64,000 nucleotides of DNA from Microcoleus sp. (lineage in GTDB: Bacteria; Cyanobacteriota; Cyanobacteriia; Cyanobacteriales; Microcoleaceae): NCBI GenBank assembly GCA_042408215.1, contig JAYFMW010000028.1, positions 256,001 through 320,000 on the forward strand. Direction: 5' to 3'. The translations under genes and the position numbers were made by a program. Position 1 is the stretch's first letter; every line of letters starts with the position of its first letter. Positions 11,313-21,605 of this stretch are shown here, piece after piece. Under the pieces are notes generated by a model. It saw only the letters and a program-made list of their open reading frames with translations. It did not search any database and had not been told where the DNA came from.

Positions 11313-12887
11313 CTAGACATTGACAAAATAGTTGGCGCTGAGGTTGAGGTTGGTGGAACCTTGAACGATCGCAATCAGTTCGGGGCGACTTTCATTCAGG
11401 AAGATGGCTGTACCCGCAGCTAAACCTGCTGGTGAGGCTCCTAGACTATATCTTGACTTGGAGCCAGACAGTTGGATCGAGTCCTCCAAGGCATTGAAGT
11501 CCGTAATTAAAGCATAATCGTTGATGCCGGAGGTGCTGATGTTATCATCGTTGTAGAAGACTCCCTGAGTAGCGCCTAGCACAAAGCGATCGCGCCCAGC
11601 ACCACCAGTCAAGCGATCGATTTCGCCAGCACCTCTTCCTGCTGCTGCATCTGCGCCTGTCAGCACGTCGTCACCTTCATCACCAAAGACGCGATCGCTG
11701 CCAATACCACCAAAGACTGAATCATTACCGCGTCCACCGTAAAGGGTATCGTTGCTGCTATCCCCAAAGAGAGCATCGTTACCGTCGCCACCCGTAATGT
11801 AGTCATTTCCTGCACCACCACGAATGTTGTCATTAGCTGTGCCACCTGCCAGGTTATCGTTGTTGAGAGTACCCGACAGGTTGAGGGCAACAAAACCTTT
11901 ATTATTTTTGGTGCTGGCATCATTCTCCCCAGTATATCCCGCGTTGACCACGGTATTCAGATTGAGGAGAGAGCCATTTTGCTGGCTGAAACTGCTGCCT
12001 TGCAGCAATTCTGTAAAGAGGTTAGTACCATAAGTATGGTCGCCACCTAAAAAGTTTTTAGGAATGATTGAGTTTCCAGGCTGCCACCAATCTTTCTTAT
12101 TGGCGTAAATATCTTGAGTACCTAAGCGATCGTTGTAACCCAAAACTATACTGGTATGGATTGCCACAACCCGATTAGCGTCAGTGGGATCGAGGCGATC
12201 GGCTGCACCCTTACCCTCAAATGCCGGGCCTGCCGGATCGAGTCCCACAATTTGGTTAATCGCTTTTCCGCTAGATTGACTATAGGCTCTGCCTGCAAAT
12301 CCAGCAACGTGCGCCCCCAAGCTGTGTCCTATTAAGGTCGTGAAGTTAGGATCGACACCGCTATTTTTCAAGTAAGCAGATAGCTGATTGCCAACATCGC
12401 GTGTTTTGTCGGCAGAAGGGAAATACAAGACATTACCAGCATCCTTTTCCCAGTCAACCACGACGATATTCGCGTTAGACTCTCGCTGGCGTATAGTTTG
12501 AGCTTGGTCGGCCAGCCAATCCCCTGGCTTGTAACCGTTGCCTGCATTTCCGCCGCTATTTCGCCAGCCGTGAATAAGTACATAAGTAGTTGGTGCTTCA
12601 GGATTGATCCGTGCGGAACGGTCGATCGAACCATTACCCCAAATATTAAAACTGACTCCAGAAGCGCCACTGGCATTAGAAGACATTGACCCAAAAGTGT
12701 TCATTGTAGTGTTCATCGTCATGCTTCCAATACTCATATTGGAAGACTGATTGAGGAATAAACTGCCGTTCATCCCCGGCAGATTCAAAGAAGGATTGAG
12801 GGATAGATTATTATTCATGTTTCCCAATATGGGAAACATAGTGTTTGATGAGGAAGTAATGTTAGAGTTAGAAATGGAAATTGCCAT
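11313..12887 (-). CDS. Secreted lipase (pancreatic-lipase/PF00151-like alpha/beta hydrolase) with RTX Ca-binding repeats
   Basis: LIHGW oxyanion motif, GHSLGAH nucleophile elbow, GLDPAGP acid, IHT and a distal His, followed by GGxGxD repeats. The start is placed at ATG 12887, after an AAGGA Shine-Dalgarno, rather than at 13088. Confidence 0.85.
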   Translation of the reverse strand: MAISISNSNITSSSNTMFPILGNMNNNLSLNPSLNLPGMNGSLFLNQSSNMSIGSMTMNTTMNTFGSMSSNASGASGVSFNIWGNGSIDRSARINPEAPTTYVLIHGWRNSGGNAGNGYKPGDWLADQAQTIRQRESNANIVVVDWEKDAGNVLYFPSADKTRDVGNQLSAYLKNSGVDPNFTTLIGHSLGAHVAGFAGRAYSQSSGKAINQIVGLDPAGPAFEGKGAADRLDPTDANRVVAIHTSIVLGYNDRLGTQDIYANKKDWWQPGNSIIPKNFLGGDHTYGTNLFTELLQGSSFSQQNGSLLNLNTVVNAGYTGENDASTKNNKGFVALNLSGTLNNDNLAGGTANDNIRGGAGNDYITGGDGNDALFGDSSNDTLYGGRGNDSVFGGIGSDRVFGDEGDDVLTGADAAAGRGAGEIDRLTGGAGRDRFVLGATQGVFYNDDNISTSGINDYALITDFNALEDSIQLSGSKSRYSLGASPAGLAAGTAIFLNESRPELIAIVQGSTNLNLSANYFVNV

Positions 12888-13026
12888 TGGTTTTTCCTTA
12901 TTATGTGAAAATTTTCGATGAATTAAGTTAATTGACTTTGCTGACTTTTGATCTGTCAGATTTTTTTCCATTGAAGGTGCGCTAGCAAATGACATAACGC
13001 ACCCATAAGCTATACAAGGTGATTCA

Positions 13027-13284
13027 TCAGTGCTGCTTTCGAGAAGCCAGCCAAGCCACACCGAATACTGCCAGTGGAATAGCAGCAACAGCGAGAACAG
13101 GTGCTACGGCCACAGCAGTAACAGTTGTACCAGCGCTAGCAATCGTTACTGCACCAATACCACCTGTAGTGGTTGCTAGTGTTCCGGCTCCTGCTGTTGC
13201 AGCACCAAGTATGCCTGCTTTTGTCGCAAGTGCTGTACCGCCAAGAGTCGCTAATCCTGCGATCGCAGATCCATTACTGTTCAT
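13027..13284 (-). CDS. Small Gly/Ala/Thr-rich hydrophobic (glycine-zipper-like) membrane peptide
   Basis: 85 aa with a GGGAG Shine-Dalgarno-like motif upstream, GxxxG spacing, a long hydrophobic C-terminal helix and a basic tail. Confidence 0.65.
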   Translation of the reverse strand: MNSNGSAIAGLATLGGTALATKAGILGAATAGAGTLATTTGGIGAVTIASAGTTVTAVAVAPVLAVAAIPLAVFGVAWLASRKQH

Positions 13285-13422
13285 AACGCTCAGTCTCCCG
13301 TAAAAATTTACTTGCTTTCCATTACAACATTGGCGTTAACCCATGTGTGGGATAGAATTAGGACAATTTCAGTTACTATAAAAATTCTGAAATTATCCTT
13401 GACAGTTAAACTTTTAAGTAAT

Positions 13423-16400
13423 ATGCAAACTCTCAAAGCTTCTCTGAAGGGATTGGAAAAGATTACAGAAGCCGTGGAGAAATACCAAAAGGCAACAGGT
13501 TGGCCTTTAGATGATCCGCGATGGGCTGAAGAAGCCAGTCAATTCCTACCCGAACAAAGAACCACCAAAGGCACATTAGTGCCAGGAACCGTTTCAACTG
13601 GGCCTTGGAAGAACTTCAGGACTAGCAAAAAGCCCATTAAAGCTTATTATTTCAAAGCTTTTTGCCAGATGCTAAAGTTGGACTGGGAAGAAGTTGTCGA
13701 TAATAATCCATCTCAGTCAACCACTCTGGCTGTATCTTCAACCCAAGACTGGGGAGATGCCCGCATTGTCTCCTATTGCTACGGGCGCACTCAGAAACTA
13801 CGTACATTAGAAAAATGGATAGAGGACAAATGTCAATTAATTTTGCTGCTGGGTGAAGGAGGTATAGGTAAAACTACTCTCTCGATCGAATTAGCCAAAA
13901 AAATTCAAAATAATTTTGACTATATAATCTGGCGAAGTCTTGAAGCATCTCCATCAGTAGAAAAAATCATAACTGATGCAATCCAATTATTTTCTAATCA
14001 ACAAGACACTACACTACCAGAGACTTTAGAGGATAAAATAACCAGACTGATTCATTATTTAGAATCTTCACGCTGTTTGATTGTACTGGATAATGCAGAG
14101 TCAATTCTTCAAACTGGTAATCATATCGGTCAATATCGGGAAGGCTATCAAGGCTATGGTGATTTGCTCAAACGAATAGCTCAATCATCTCATCGAAGCT
14201 GTTTGCTAATCACCAGTCGAGAGAAACCAGAAGCAACTGACTTAATGGCGAGAAAAAATCCCAGAATACAATCATTAGAGTTAGATGGTTTAAAGGTAGA
14301 AGATGGTCGAAAACTTTTTACAACCTTTGGAGATTTTTTTGGCTCTGAAGATGATTGGAATTTAGTTATTGAACACTATACAGGTAATCCTTTTGCATTG
14401 GAAGTTGCGGCAAAAGAAATACAAGATTCCTTAAGCGGAAATTTATCTATTTTAGTTCAAAATTATTTTCAAGCTGGTTTATTAATTTTTAATGAAATTA
14501 ACGATTTATTAGAGCGTCAGTTTGACCGTCTCTCTCTCTCAGAACAAATGATTATGTACTGGCTCGCGATTAATTATGAGCCAGTGTTAGATAAAGAACT
14601 ACAAGAAGATATTTTTTCAAGGGAATTTCAAGGAAAAATACTTCAATCTCTAGCATCTTTGAAACGGCGATCGCTCATCAAAAATACCCCATTGGGATAT
14701 ACACAGCTACCCGTATTGAGAGAATACATTATCAATCGACTAATAGATGAACTTTGCCAAGAAATTAAGACTGAGCAAATAGAACGTTTGAACAGCTACT
14801 CTCTCTGCAAAGCAACATCCAAAGACTATATTAGAGAAACTCAAGTTCGCCAAATTATCACACCAATGCTGTCAAGATTGCTTCATGAACTTGGCGGGAA
14901 AAGAAATGTCGAAAATAAACTTAAACAAATTCTCTCAAATTGCCAACAACAATCGCCTCAAGCGCCTGGATATTTAGGAGGTAATATTCTCAACATCTTG
15001 TGCGAGCTAGAAACCGATTTGACAAACTATGATTTTTCTAATTTAACTATTTCCCAAGCCTATCTGCATGGAGTTAATTTACATCAGGTTAATTTTGCCA
15101 ACTCTGACTTATCTAAATCGGTTTTTTCTGAACCATTAGGCAGCATTCTATCAGTAGCCTTTAGTTCTGATGGTAAATTTTGGGCAACAGGTGATGCAGA
15201 TAAAAATATTTATATTTGGCGAGTAGCAGACGGTCAACTCCTCACTACTTGTGTAGGTCATACTAATTGGGTAAGGTCTGTTGTCTTTCATCCCCAAAAA
15301 CAAATTTTAGCTAGTGCGAGTGACGATCGCACCATTAAGTTATGGAATATTAATACAGGTCAATGTCTTGCCACATTACAGGGACACACCGATCGAGTTT
15401 GGTCAGTAGCCTTCAGTCATGACGGTAAGATATTGGCTAGTGCTAGTGATAATGCCGATCGCACCGTAAGATTGTGGGATGTGGATGATGTTGACTCTCC
15501 TCAATTTCTGCGAATTCTACCACATAGTTGCTGGGTAGTCAAAGTTGCTTTCAACGCTCAAGGGACAGTTTTAGCCAGTGGGAGTGCAGATCGAACTGTA
15601 AAATTATGGGATGTTCAGACAGGTGAATGTCACACCACCTGGCAAAAGGTTGAGTATAAGGTTCGCTCAATAGACTTTAGTCCTGATGGTAAAAGTCTAG
15701 CAATTGGTACAGATGATGAACTTGTCTGGTTGTTGGATATTGATAATGGTGAATGCCTCAACACTTTTCGTGGACATGATGGAAGAGTGTGGTCAGTTGC
15801 TTTTAGTCCTGACGGTCAAACTCTGGCTAGTGGCGACCATCTAACTGTCAAGTTATGGAATATTGAAAATGGTGAATTATTACTTACTTTACCAGAAATC
15901 GATCGCCGAGTGCGAGCTATAGCTTTTAGTCCTGATGGTGAAACTCTCATTAGTGGTAGTGACGATCAAAGTATCAGATCGTGGGATGTCCGCAAAGGTG
16001 AATCTTTGAAAACTATATATGGCTATACTCAACGAGTGTGGTCAGTCGCTTTTTCACCTGATGGGAAAACTTTGGTTAGTGGGAGTGACGATCGCACAAT
16101 TAAGCTGTGGGATATTGAGACAGGTAAGGGCAAAATTTTGGGTATAGCTAAAAAGCGCGTACAGTCAGTTGCTTTCCATCCTCAAGGAACAAAAATAGCC
16201 AGTGGTGGTAATGATGGTAGGGTTCAATTATGGGATATTGGTACTCGTGAATGTTTAATTTTACCAGAGAAACACAGAGATTGGATTTGGTTAGTTGCTT
16301 TCTACGATGAAGGAACAAAACTGATTAGTGTTGGGGACGATCGCGCTATCAAATTATGGGACTTTAAGACAGGTCAATGCTTGAAAAATTTAAAGGATTA

Positions 16401-16995
16401 TCCAGATTGGATTTGGTCAATTGCGATGAGTCCTGATGCTGAAAATTTAGTGATTGGCAGTGATGCTAAAACGTTACATTTATGGAATATTGAAACACAA
16501 CAGCTAACAAATTTAGGAGAACATAACAATCGGGTGCGTTCAGTTGCTTGGAGTCCTAATGGTAAAACTATAGCTAGTGGCAGTGATGACCTCACCATCA
16601 AACTATGGGACGTTAGCACAGGTAAATGCCTGCATAGTTTACAAGAACATACCGATCTAATTAGATCGGTTGCTTTTAGTCCTAATAGCCAAATTGTAGC
16701 CAGTGGCAGTGATGACCTCACCATCAAATTATGGGATGTACAAAGTGGTCATTGCATCCAAACTTTAACAGGACATATAAATACAGTTCGCTCTGTTGCT
16801 TTTAGTGCTGATGGATTAATGCTGGCAAGTGGCAGTGAAGATGAGACAATTAAACTGTGGAATATTCAAACAGGTGTCTGTATTAAAACACTAAAAGCTG
16901 AACGACTTTATGAAGGAATGAATATTACAAGTGTGAAAGGGATTACTAACGATCGGAAAGACACGCTGAAAGTATTAGGCGCAGTAGGAAATTAG
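13423..16995 (+). CDS. STAND NTPase: N-terminal HTH-like domain, NB-ARC and about 14 WD40 repeats
   Basis: Walker A GEGGIGKT, Walker B LIVLDN, LLITSRE, GNPFAL, a pentapeptide-like linker and many GH..SVAFSPDG..LWD repeats. The ATG at 13423 is in frame with the ORF-track start at 13312. Confidence 0.9.
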   Translation: MQTLKASLKGLEKITEAVEKYQKATGWPLDDPRWAEEASQFLPEQRTTKGTLVPGTVSTGPWKNFRTSKKPIKAYYFKAFCQMLKLDWEEVVDNNPSQSTTLAVSSTQDWGDARIVSYCYGRTQKLRTLEKWIEDKCQLILLLGEGGIGKTTLSIELAKKIQNNFDYIIWRSLEASPSVEKIITDAIQLFSNQQDTTLPETLEDKITRLIHYLESSRCLIVLDNAESILQTGNHIGQYREGYQGYGDLLKRIAQSSHRSCLLITSREKPEATDLMARKNPRIQSLELDGLKVEDGRKLFTTFGDFFGSEDDWNLVIEHYTGNPFALEVAAKEIQDSLSGNLSILVQNYFQAGLLIFNEINDLLERQFDRLSLSEQMIMYWLAINYEPVLDKELQEDIFSREFQGKILQSLASLKRRSLIKNTPLGYTQLPVLREYIINRLIDELCQEIKTEQIERLNSYSLCKATSKDYIRETQVRQIITPMLSRLLHELGGKRNVENKLKQILSNCQQQSPQAPGYLGGNILNILCELETDLTNYDFSNLTISQAYLHGVNLHQVNFANSDLSKSVFSEPLGSILSVAFSSDGKFWATGDADKNIYIWRVADGQLLTTCVGHTNWVRSVVFHPQKQILASASDDRTIKLWNINTGQCLATLQGHTDRVWSVAFSHDGKILASASDNADRTVRLWDVDDVDSPQFLRILPHSCWVVKVAFNAQGTVLASGSADRTVKLWDVQTGECHTTWQKVEYKVRSIDFSPDGKSLAIGTDDELVWLLDIDNGECLNTFRGHDGRVWSVAFSPDGQTLASGDHLTVKLWNIENGELLLTLPEIDRRVRAIAFSPDGETLISGSDDQSIRSWDVRKGESLKTIYGYTQRVWSVAFSPDGKTLVSGSDDRTIKLWDIETGKGKILGIAKKRVQSVAFHPQGTKIASGGNDGRVQLWDIGTRECLILPEKHRDWIWLVAFYDEGTKLISVGDDRAIKLWDFKTGQCLKNLKDYPDWIWSIAMSPDAENLVIGSDAKTLHLWNIETQQLTNLGEHNNRVRSVAWSPNGKTIASGSDDLTIKLWDVSTGKCLHSLQEHTDLIRSVAFSPNSQIVASGSDDLTIKLWDVQSGHCIQTLTGHINTVRSVAFSADGLMLASGSEDETIKLWNIQTGVCIKTLKAERLYEGMNITSVKGITNDRKDTLKVLGAVGN

Positions 16996-17536
16996 CGATA
17001 TGTTGAGGTTAATAGGCAAACCTACTCTATTTTAATCCTTAAACCTACGTTGCTCCGGCGGTCAACCCAAATTGTGCAGAATCCTGATGTAGAAGCACGT
17101 CTCGCAACTTCTAAAGTCACCCCCAAACGCTTGACATCCTTTCTGGTCACAGCCGGATCTGGTCACAGCCGGAGACAAGTAACGTTCAGCGCAATTATGG
17201 TGGCACTTCCGGCTGGCCGAGGAAATACCACCATTGAGCGACTTTGTTCTGGAGAAATCGCCCGAACTTATTCCAGGCTTCTACTAATGATCGCTCACTT
17301 CTATTTAACGAGCGATCGGAACTTTTGGCACGCTATATATAGCGTGCTTGCGTAAGTCCTATAGATCCCCTTATGGAGGAAGCCGATCGCCGGTGACGGA
17401 TGTTTTCAAGCTGACAGCACTAGGTATACTTGCATTTAACCGAATTTTCGTTCGATCGCCCCTCACCCCGCCCAGAATTACTCAAATCAGTTAAAGTAAG
17501 AAAAATCAGCGCAAGTACCCTCACATTCGAGCGACA

Positions 17537-18178
17537 ATGGCATCCTCTTCCTCTGTAGCAGTTCGCGAACTCCCCCTATTTCCGTTGCCGGAAGTGGTTC
17601 TATTTCCCGGTAGACCGCTCCCGCTGCAAATCTTCGAGTTTCGCTATCGAATCATGATGAATACGATTCTGGAGAGCGATCGCCGTTTTGGTGTACTCAT
17701 GTGGGACCCCGACCAAAATAAAGTCTCCGCCGTCGGCTGCTGCGCCGAAGTAATTCACTGTCAGCGACTCCCCGACGATCGCATGAAAATTATGACTATC
17801 GGACAGCAACGGTTCCGGGTGCTCGACGCAGTGAGGGAAAAACCCTATTTAGTCGGTTTAGTAGAATGGATTGAAGACGAACCGCCGCAAAAAGACCTCA
17901 GATCTTTAAGCCGAGATGTCGAACAACTGCTTCGAGATGTAGTTCGCCTCTCTAGCAAATTGATGGATCAGGCGATCGACTTACCAGAAGATATTCCCAG
18001 TTTGCCTACAGAGTTGTCCTATTGGGTAGCCAGCTACCTTTACGGCGCGGCGACAGAACAGCAAATACTTTTAGAATTGCAAGATACTGCTGCTAGATTG
18101 GAACGCGAAACAGAAATTTTGACTTCGACTCGCAATCACTTGGCAGCTCGGACTGTACTTAAAGATACACTCCAGTAG
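17537..18178 (+). CDS. LON peptidase substrate-binding (Lon-N) domain protein
   Basis: ELPLFPLPEVVLFPGRPLPLQIFEFRY motif. Confidence 0.9.
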   Translation: MASSSSVAVRELPLFPLPEVVLFPGRPLPLQIFEFRYRIMMNTILESDRRFGVLMWDPDQNKVSAVGCCAEVIHCQRLPDDRMKIMTIGQQRFRVLDAVREKPYLVGLVEWIEDEPPQKDLRSLSRDVEQLLRDVVRLSSKLMDQAIDLPEDIPSLPTELSYWVASYLYGAATEQQILLELQDTAARLERETEILTSTRNHLAARTVLKDTLQ

Positions 18179-18194
18179 TCATCCTCTCGTTACT

Positions 18195-18291
18195 AAGCTG
18201 AGGCGCATCTAAATTTTACAGTCAAGTTTAATCAAATTTTTGTGGGGTGTCCCGCCCGCCCGAAAAATACAATTTAGATGCCCGACAGCTT
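18195..18291. repeat. Small MITE-like inverted-repeat element
   Basis: Imperfect terminal IRs AAGCTGAGGCGCATCTAAATT / AATTTAGATGCCCGACAGCTT. Confidence 0.55.
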
Positions 18292-18352
18292 GTGATTCAG
18301 GAGTAAGTTTATGTTAGAAAATCTCGAGGGACCGAAACCATAGGCAGTGCAG

Positions 18353-18505
18353 TTAGAGGCGGTCAACTGCCGCCTCTTTCAAATTGGCACAAGCGAGACA
18401 AATATGACTTAGGAAAGCTGCTTGCAAAGAAGCCTCTTTTAAGTTGGTTTCATGAAAATTTCTTGCCCCGGCTGCCGATCGCTTCAGAAGTTCATCAGCA
18501 TTCAT
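18353..18505 (-). pseudogene. Truncated pentapeptide-repeat gene fragment
   Basis: MNADELLKRSAAGARNF..NLKEASL.. matches the N-terminus of the 48018 paralog (MNADELLRRYAAGERVF) but stops after 50 aa. Confidence 0.65.
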
Positions 18506-18534
18506 CTTCCTAGGCTCATGAGTTTTACTGAAAA

Positions 18535-19467
18535 TTACACTACTGACAGTACACTGTAGCAACCAAAGATTTTTAAAGTTTCAGTGTGGATTTTTAACTC
18601 TTCTAGTGCCTCACGAACTAATGCTTGGCAAGCGTCGGTTTCAATGTCCATAAAGAAAAGATATTCTCCGAGCGATCGCTTAGTCGGTCTAGATTCAATG
18701 CGACTTAAATTAATACCCCGACTGGCAAATACTTGCAAAGGTTTTACCAGCGCTCCCGGCATATTGGCGGGCACGCTAAAAGCTAGCGACGTGTGAGTAC
18801 AATTAGATGGCTCAGCATCGAGGCTCAAGCTGGCGGCCGATTTAGATGAGCGATCGGATTCTCCGGCATTTCCAAGTTCTTCAACACCCCTGCCAAGTAT
18901 CCAAAATCGAGTGTAATTGTCGGGATAATCATTAATCGGGTGAGCTAACACTGGCAAATTGTAAAGTTGAGCTGCTCTGGGCGCAGAAATCACCGCTATA
19001 CTTCTATCATCCAGGTACTGCAATGCTTCGGTAGTTGAATTTGCCGGAATCAACTGAGCCGATGGGATAAACTTCCCCAACCACAACTGACACTGAGCAA
19101 GGGCTTGCGGGTGAGAGTAAACTTTTTGAATCTCGTTAAAACCTTGAGCTTTTGATACTAGGGCGTGGGAAATCGGTAACACTAAGGCGTGTTGAATGCG
19201 GAGCCGATCGAGTCGCCACAACGTATCTAGCGTCACCGTCACGCTACCTTCGATCGAATTTTCCACCGGCACAACTGCATAGTCAACCTGTCCGCAGGCA
19301 GATGCCTCTAGCGCCTGGGAAATGGTTGAATAAGGACAGAGGGTGCATTCGGAGTTAGTTTCTTCGCTCAACCACTTGAGATAAGCCAGAGCGGCTGTTT
19401 CTGCATTAGTACCAACAGGGCCCAGATGTGCGATCCTCTTCGAGGGCTTCGCTAACGAAATTTTCAT
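18535..19467 (-). CDS. pheA: Prephenate dehydratase
   Basis: LGPVGT, PVENSIEG, SHPQALAQC, NYTRF and the ACT-domain ESRP motif. Confidence 0.95.
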   Translation of the reverse strand: MKISLAKPSKRIAHLGPVGTNAETAALAYLKWLSEETNSECTLCPYSTISQALEASACGQVDYAVVPVENSIEGSVTVTLDTLWRLDRLRIQHALVLPISHALVSKAQGFNEIQKVYSHPQALAQCQLWLGKFIPSAQLIPANSTTEALQYLDDRSIAVISAPRAAQLYNLPVLAHPINDYPDNYTRFWILGRGVEELGNAGESDRSSKSAASLSLDAEPSNCTHTSLAFSVPANMPGALVKPLQVFASRGINLSRIESRPTKRSLGEYLFFMDIETDACQALVREALEELKIHTETLKIFGCYSVLSVV

Positions 19468-19663
19468 AATTTGACAATTTTACGTTACAACTCTTTGCTT
19501 AACTCCGATCGACGGGCAAGTATCATGGGGAAATTACTGATTTCTCGAAAGCTTTTCTCCGTTATTTCTCGGATGACATTGCTCGCCGCCTGACCTATGT
19601 CACCCAATCAGGGCGAAACTTTATTAAGATATTCTGACGAATCCTATATTTTGACATCCTCTC

Positions 19664-20248
19664 ATGTATATCCGGTTTAATGCTTCCCAATCCGTTGAGA
19701 TAGCCGTACCAGAGGAACGGGTTCCCATTCAACATTATCTGCGTCAGCCCCGGCGACTTGTGAACGCCCTAGTCGATCGAAGTCGCACTGAGCAGCTAAG
19801 TGATGAATGTTTTCGGCTAAAAATGCGGCCGTTAGAATTTATGATGCTGAGCATTCAACCCACAGTAGACATGAGGGTGTGGGCGCAGTCGGACGGCACA
19901 ATCAATTTGGAGTCTGTCGCCTGCGAAATTCGGGGCGTGGATTACATTAACGATCGCTTTGCTCTCAATCTCAAAGGGCAGTTGTCACCGCATCAAAGCG
20001 GGGGGACAACTTATCTCAAGGGAAAAGCGGATTTGGAAGTGGGAGTAGAGATGCCGCCACTTTTTTGGCTGACACCCAAACCGATTTTAGAAGCAACGGG
20101 CAACGGTTTGCTCAAGAGTGTACTGCTGACTATCAAACAGCGATTGATGTACCAGTTACTCTTAGATTACCGTCAGTGGGCCGGCAACGAAACAGAGGTA
20201 TTTGTGAGCGATCGCCCCCCAATATTATCTGTAGAAGGGCAAGTCTGA
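19664..20248 (+). CDS. DUF1997 domain protein
   Basis: IQHYLRQPRRLV...LEATGNGLLKSVLLTIKQRL; divergent from pheA, as is usual in cyanobacteria. Confidence 0.85.
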   Translation: MYIRFNASQSVEIAVPEERVPIQHYLRQPRRLVNALVDRSRTEQLSDECFRLKMRPLEFMMLSIQPTVDMRVWAQSDGTINLESVACEIRGVDYINDRFALNLKGQLSPHQSGGTTYLKGKADLEVGVEMPPLFWLTPKPILEATGNGLLKSVLLTIKQRLMYQLLLDYRQWAGNETEVFVSDRPPILSVEGQV

Positions 20249-20307
20249 TAGTTGAGTTGCGAGTTAGGAGTTATATCCATTCCGGTTGCACTCAGCAATG
20301 ATTGTTA

Positions 20308-20584
20308 ACAGTTGACGGTTGACGGTTGACGGTTGACGGTTGACGGTTGACGGTTGACGGTTGACGGTTGACGGTTGACGGTTGACAGTTGACGGTTGAC
20401 AGTTGACGGTTGACAGTTGACGGTTGACAGTTGACGGTTGACGGTTGACGGTTGACGGTTGACGGTTGACAGTTGACGGTTGACGGTTGACGGTTGACAG
20501 TTGACGGTTGACAGTTGACGGTTGACGGTTGACAGTTGACGGTTGACGGTTGACGGTTGACAGTTGACGGTTGACGGTTGACAG
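20308..20584. repeat. STRR heptamer tandem array (GTTGACG/GTTGACA), about 39 units
   Basis: Directly visible in the sequence. Confidence 0.95.
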
Positions 20585-20875
20585 TGAGTCGAATATTTTA
20601 TCAAAGAAGTGAAAATTGCTCTGATCTAGCAGAAGCCCCGGCGGACATGATATTAATGATTGCTTCCACCCTTAATAGTTAAGCATCTTGACTCCTGACT
20701 CCTGACTCCTGACTCCTGCTATATTTGGTTGCCACTTGACTCGACTTTACGCCCGACGATGAAGCGCGGATTTGAGCTTATGAGTTTTTAACTAAGCAAT
20801 AAAACTCATAACTTTTGACAAGAGGTGTTTCTGGAAGCTTGCCTGTTTGAGCTTGCTCATAGGAATAGCAGCCAC

Positions 20876-21349
20876 TCAATCAAAATCGGTTTGAGTTAAC
20901 GCCCCTACTTCATCGTCATGGATGATGGCCAGATTCACAGGTAAAGCAGTTCGCCTTTCTTTTGGAGGTTCGTACATTTTGGCGGGGGGCGATGGTTTCA
21001 GTGGCATCTTTACTTGGCCCGGTTCGAGATTCGTCACGCCCACCCGAATCCGAATTTTGGGGCCGGAATTGCCCAAACGAATCGTCATCCCATCGGCCAC
21101 TGACACCTGAGCGATCGGGCGATCGTCTACATAAGTGCCATTAGCACCAAAATTAATAATTTCCCAGCCTGAAGGATGATTCCACAGCTCCACATGGTGG
21201 CGGGAAACGACAGCGCTGTAAATAATCACATCATTGTCGTTCGATCGACCGATCCGAACCACCGATTCGGATTCAAAACACCAACTTTGAACAGGCACGG
21301 ACTGGATAGGATGCAGGAGGGTTAAGGTAATCACTGATGTTATCAACAT
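20876..21349 (-). CDS. FHA domain protein
   Basis: RIGRSNDND, VSRHH and NGTY FHA motifs. Confidence 0.9.
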   Translation of the reverse strand: MLITSVITLTLLHPIQSVPVQSWCFESESVVRIGRSNDNDVIIYSAVVSRHHVELWNHPSGWEIINFGANGTYVDDRPIAQVSVADGMTIRLGNSGPKIRIRVGVTNLEPGQVKMPLKPSPPAKMYEPPKERRTALPVNLAIIHDDEVGALTQTDFD

Positions 21350-21605
21350 ATAGCAATAAATCTAACTCGATACCTGAGAGTAACCCCTAGTCGGAGTAAA
21401 TCGAAATAAATCACAATATTCCACTAAAGTTCACTTTTTCGACTCCTCTGTAGTCGCTTCCTTCAGCTTGTGGGACGAGCCACGGCCAAATAGAGCGTAG
21501 TGAAGTAGGAATCTTGAGGCAGTTTACCCAAGCCTCGTACAATCTTTCGTGGTAGTCGCGCTGACACCGTTCTAGTTTGATTGTACAGCCAAAGCATTAC
21601 TGCGT

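Noticed and set aside
12888..13088. Extended N-terminus of the lipase ORF
   Set aside because: It overlaps the small peptide gene; ATG 12887 has a better Shine-Dalgarno.
17050..17355. 101-aa ORF with a 16-bp tandem duplication and a palindrome
   Set aside because: TTG start and no recognisable motif, so it cannot be supported as a gene.
20305..20604. 99-aa (QPSTVNR)n ORF
   Set aside because: It is a translation of a heptamer array with a TTG start and no coding evidence.
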